NCBI GenBank assembly: GCA_033762115.1
Contig: JANRLX010000057.1
Span: forward strand, 1-28,571
Source of the DNA: Verrucomicrobiota bacterium
Lineage (GTDB): Bacteria > Verrucomicrobiota > Verrucomicrobiia > Limisphaerales > SXQI01
Length of the DNA: 28,571 nucleotides
Direction of reading: 5' to 3'
Within the stretch, counting starts at the first letter, position 1. Each line of letters begins with the position of its first letter. The notes beneath the pieces are model-generated. The model did no database searches. It was not told the DNA's origin and saw only the letters and a program-made list of their open reading frames with translations. Made by a program: the position numbers and the translations under genes. This document shows positions 26,894 through 28,571 of this stretch, piece by piece.

Positions 26894-28323
26894 TGGCCCA
26901 AACAGCAGTCAGCCAAAAATCGAGCGTGGAAGTCATTGAAACACCGCGTGAACTGGAACGTGAACCGTTGGTCCTGAATAATAGGTCACTGGGATGGATT
27001 TCCGACCAGATTGCCGGAATTGTTGAGGGAAAAACTCCCTGGTGGTGGTGGGCAGCGTTTGTCCCAAGCGTGCTCGGGATGTTCATGTGTTTCGGCTGCA
27101 TCGCCTACCTGATCTCAACCGGTGTGGGTGTCTGGGGGTTGAATCATCCTGTCGGATGGGCGTGGGATATCACAAACTTTGTGTTCTGGATCGGTATCGG
27201 TCACGCGGGGACCTTGATTTCCGCAGTGTTGTTTTTGTTGCGGCAAAAATGGCGCACATCAATCAATCGCGCTGCGGAAGCGATGACCTTGTTTGCAGTC
27301 GCGTGCGCAGGCATTTTCCCATTGATCCATGTGGGCCGTATCTGGTTTGCCTGGTGGTTGTTCCCGCTGCCGAACTCAAATGACATCTGGCCGCAATTTC
27401 GCTCGCCATTATTGTGGGACGTGTTTGCTGTATCCACTTACGGAACTGTTTCCCTGCTCTTCTGGTATGTGGGTTTGATTCCTGACCTTGCCACGATGCG
27501 GGACCGGGCCAAAACCAAGATGCGCAAGTTTGCTTACGGTCTTTTCGCGCTTGGTTGGAGCGGAGGAAACCGTCACTGGAGCAACTATGAGAAAGCGTAC
27601 CTCCTGCTCGCGGGCCTTTCCACGCCACTGGTGTTGTCGGTGCACTCGATCGTTTCCTTTGACTTCGCGGTTTCCCAGGTTCCTGGATGGCATACGACCA
27701 TTTTTCCACCGTACTTTGTTGCCGGGGCGATTTTTTCCGGGTTCGGCATGGTGCTGACCCTTTTGGTGCCGCTGCGGACGATCTGTAAGTTGCAGGATAT
27801 CATTACCGTTCGTCATGTGGAGTTGATGTGCAAAGTCATTCTCGCGACCGGATCGATCGTTGGCTACGCCTACGGAATGGAGTTTTTCATCGCCTGGTAT
27901 GGCGGCAATCCTTACGAACTTTACGCCTTTAAAAACCGTGCTTTTGGTCCCTATTGCTGGGCGTACTGGGCCATGATCACCTGCAACGTCATTTCACCTC
28001 AATTGTTCTGGTTCAAGTGGTGCCGGACCAATGTGGTATTTGTCTTTATCGTTTCAATTTTTGTGAACATCGGCATGTGGTTCGAGCGGTTTGTCATTAT
28101 CGTGACCTCCCTGCATCGTGACTATATTCCAGCAAACTGGGGCTATTTCTCCCCAACATGGGTTGATATCCTGACATTCGTCGGGAGCTTTGGATTGTTC
28201 ATGACCTTGTTCCTGATTTTCATGCGGTTCCTCCCGATGATTGCGATCTCTGAAGTCAAGGGAGTGACTCCGCAGGCTGATCCGCATCACCCACTGGGTG
28301 GCGCCAAAGGAGGGCACCATTAA
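26893..28323 (+). CDS. actC: Alternative complex III NrfD/PsrC-like quinol-binding membrane subunit
   Basis: [79 protein letters not shown]. Confidence 0.95.
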   Translation: MAQTAVSQKSSVEVIETPRELEREPLVLNNRSLGWISDQIAGIVEGKTPWWWWAAFVPSVLGMFMCFGCIAYLISTGVGVWGLNHPVGWAWDITNFVFWIGIGHAGTLISAVLFLLRQKWRTSINRAAEAMTLFAVACAGIFPLIHVGRIWFAWWLFPLPNSNDIWPQFRSPLLWDVFAVSTYGTVSLLFWYVGLIPDLATMRDRAKTKMRKFAYGLFALGWSGGNRHWSNYEKAYLLLAGLSTPLVLSVHSIVSFDFAVSQVPGWHTTIFPPYFVAGAIFSGFGMVLTLLVPLRTICKLQDIITVRHVELMCKVILATGSIVGYAYGMEFFIAWYGGNPYELYAFKNRAFGPYCWAYWAMITCNVISPQLFWFKWCRTNVVFVFIVSIFVNIGMWFERFVIIVTSLHRDYIPANWGYFSPTWVDILTFVGSFGLFMTLFLIFMRFLPMIAISEVKGVTPQADPHHPLGGAKGGHH

Positions 28324-28324
28324 T

Positions 28325-28571
28325 ATGGAAGCTGTCACAATGAACCGACCTGTTGCTTTGCTGGCGGAATTTGATACTCCCGGTGAGGTGATGCATGCCG
28401 CTGAGAAGGTGCGCGACGCTGGTTTTAAAAATTGGGATGTCTATTCACCTTTCCCAATCCATGGGATGGACAAAGCGATGGGACTGGGAAATTCAAAAGT
28501 TGGCTGGTTTACCTTTTTCGGGGGGGTGACCGGATTAACGACCGGGATGTTGATGATCTGGTACATGAACA
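28325..28571 (+). CDS. actD: Alternative complex III subunit D (DUF3341), truncated by the window end
   Basis: Not in the ORF track. Manual translation: MEAVTMNRPVALLAEFDTPGEVMHAAEKVRDAGFKNWDVYSPFPIHGMDKAMGLGNSKVGWFTFFGGVTGLTTGMLMIWYMN; GGAGG RBS upstream. Confidence 0.92.
   Translation, partial: MEAVTMNRPVALLAEFDTPGEVMHAAEKVRDAGFKNWDVYSPFPIHGMDKAMGLGNSKVGWFTFFGGVTGLTTGMLMIWYMN

Noticed and set aside
1..28571. CRISPR arrays, IS elements, prophage genes, tRNA/rRNA
   Set aside because: No spaced direct repeats, transposase/integrase motifs or RNA-gene signatures were seen by eye; nearly all sequence is explained by CDSs. Small ncRNAs cannot be excluded without a covariance search.

Overview
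28.6-kb window of a Gram-negative bacterial chromosome. Gene content and protein style (Pro-rich linkers, a large secreted protein with a C-terminal 'SxNLxxW...FYR' tail, alternative complex III) suggest Verrucomicrobiota; this is inference. In order it carries: a truncated lipoprotein, an FHA/zinc-finger membrane protein, a lipoprotein, a Nudix hydrolase, cstA, two tandem Hsp20 genes behind a sigma54-type promoter, a LysM protein, an acyltransferase-3, a GH39-like hydrolase with two divergent esterases, ispH, dgt, a 1541-aa sugar dehydrogenase/cytochrome c multidomain protein, a hypothetical gene, a DUF481-like barrel, kdsA, kdsC and the start of the alternative complex III operon (actABC, partial actD). 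No mobile element, CRISPR array or RNA gene was recognised. The most notable items are an apparent CstA fusion to a YbdD/YjiX-like module, an acyltransferase with an inserted Pro/Gly-rich EF-hand region, the AT-richer giant redox protein with a duplicated unnamed domain, and the sigma54/enhancer-like region before the Hsp20 pair.
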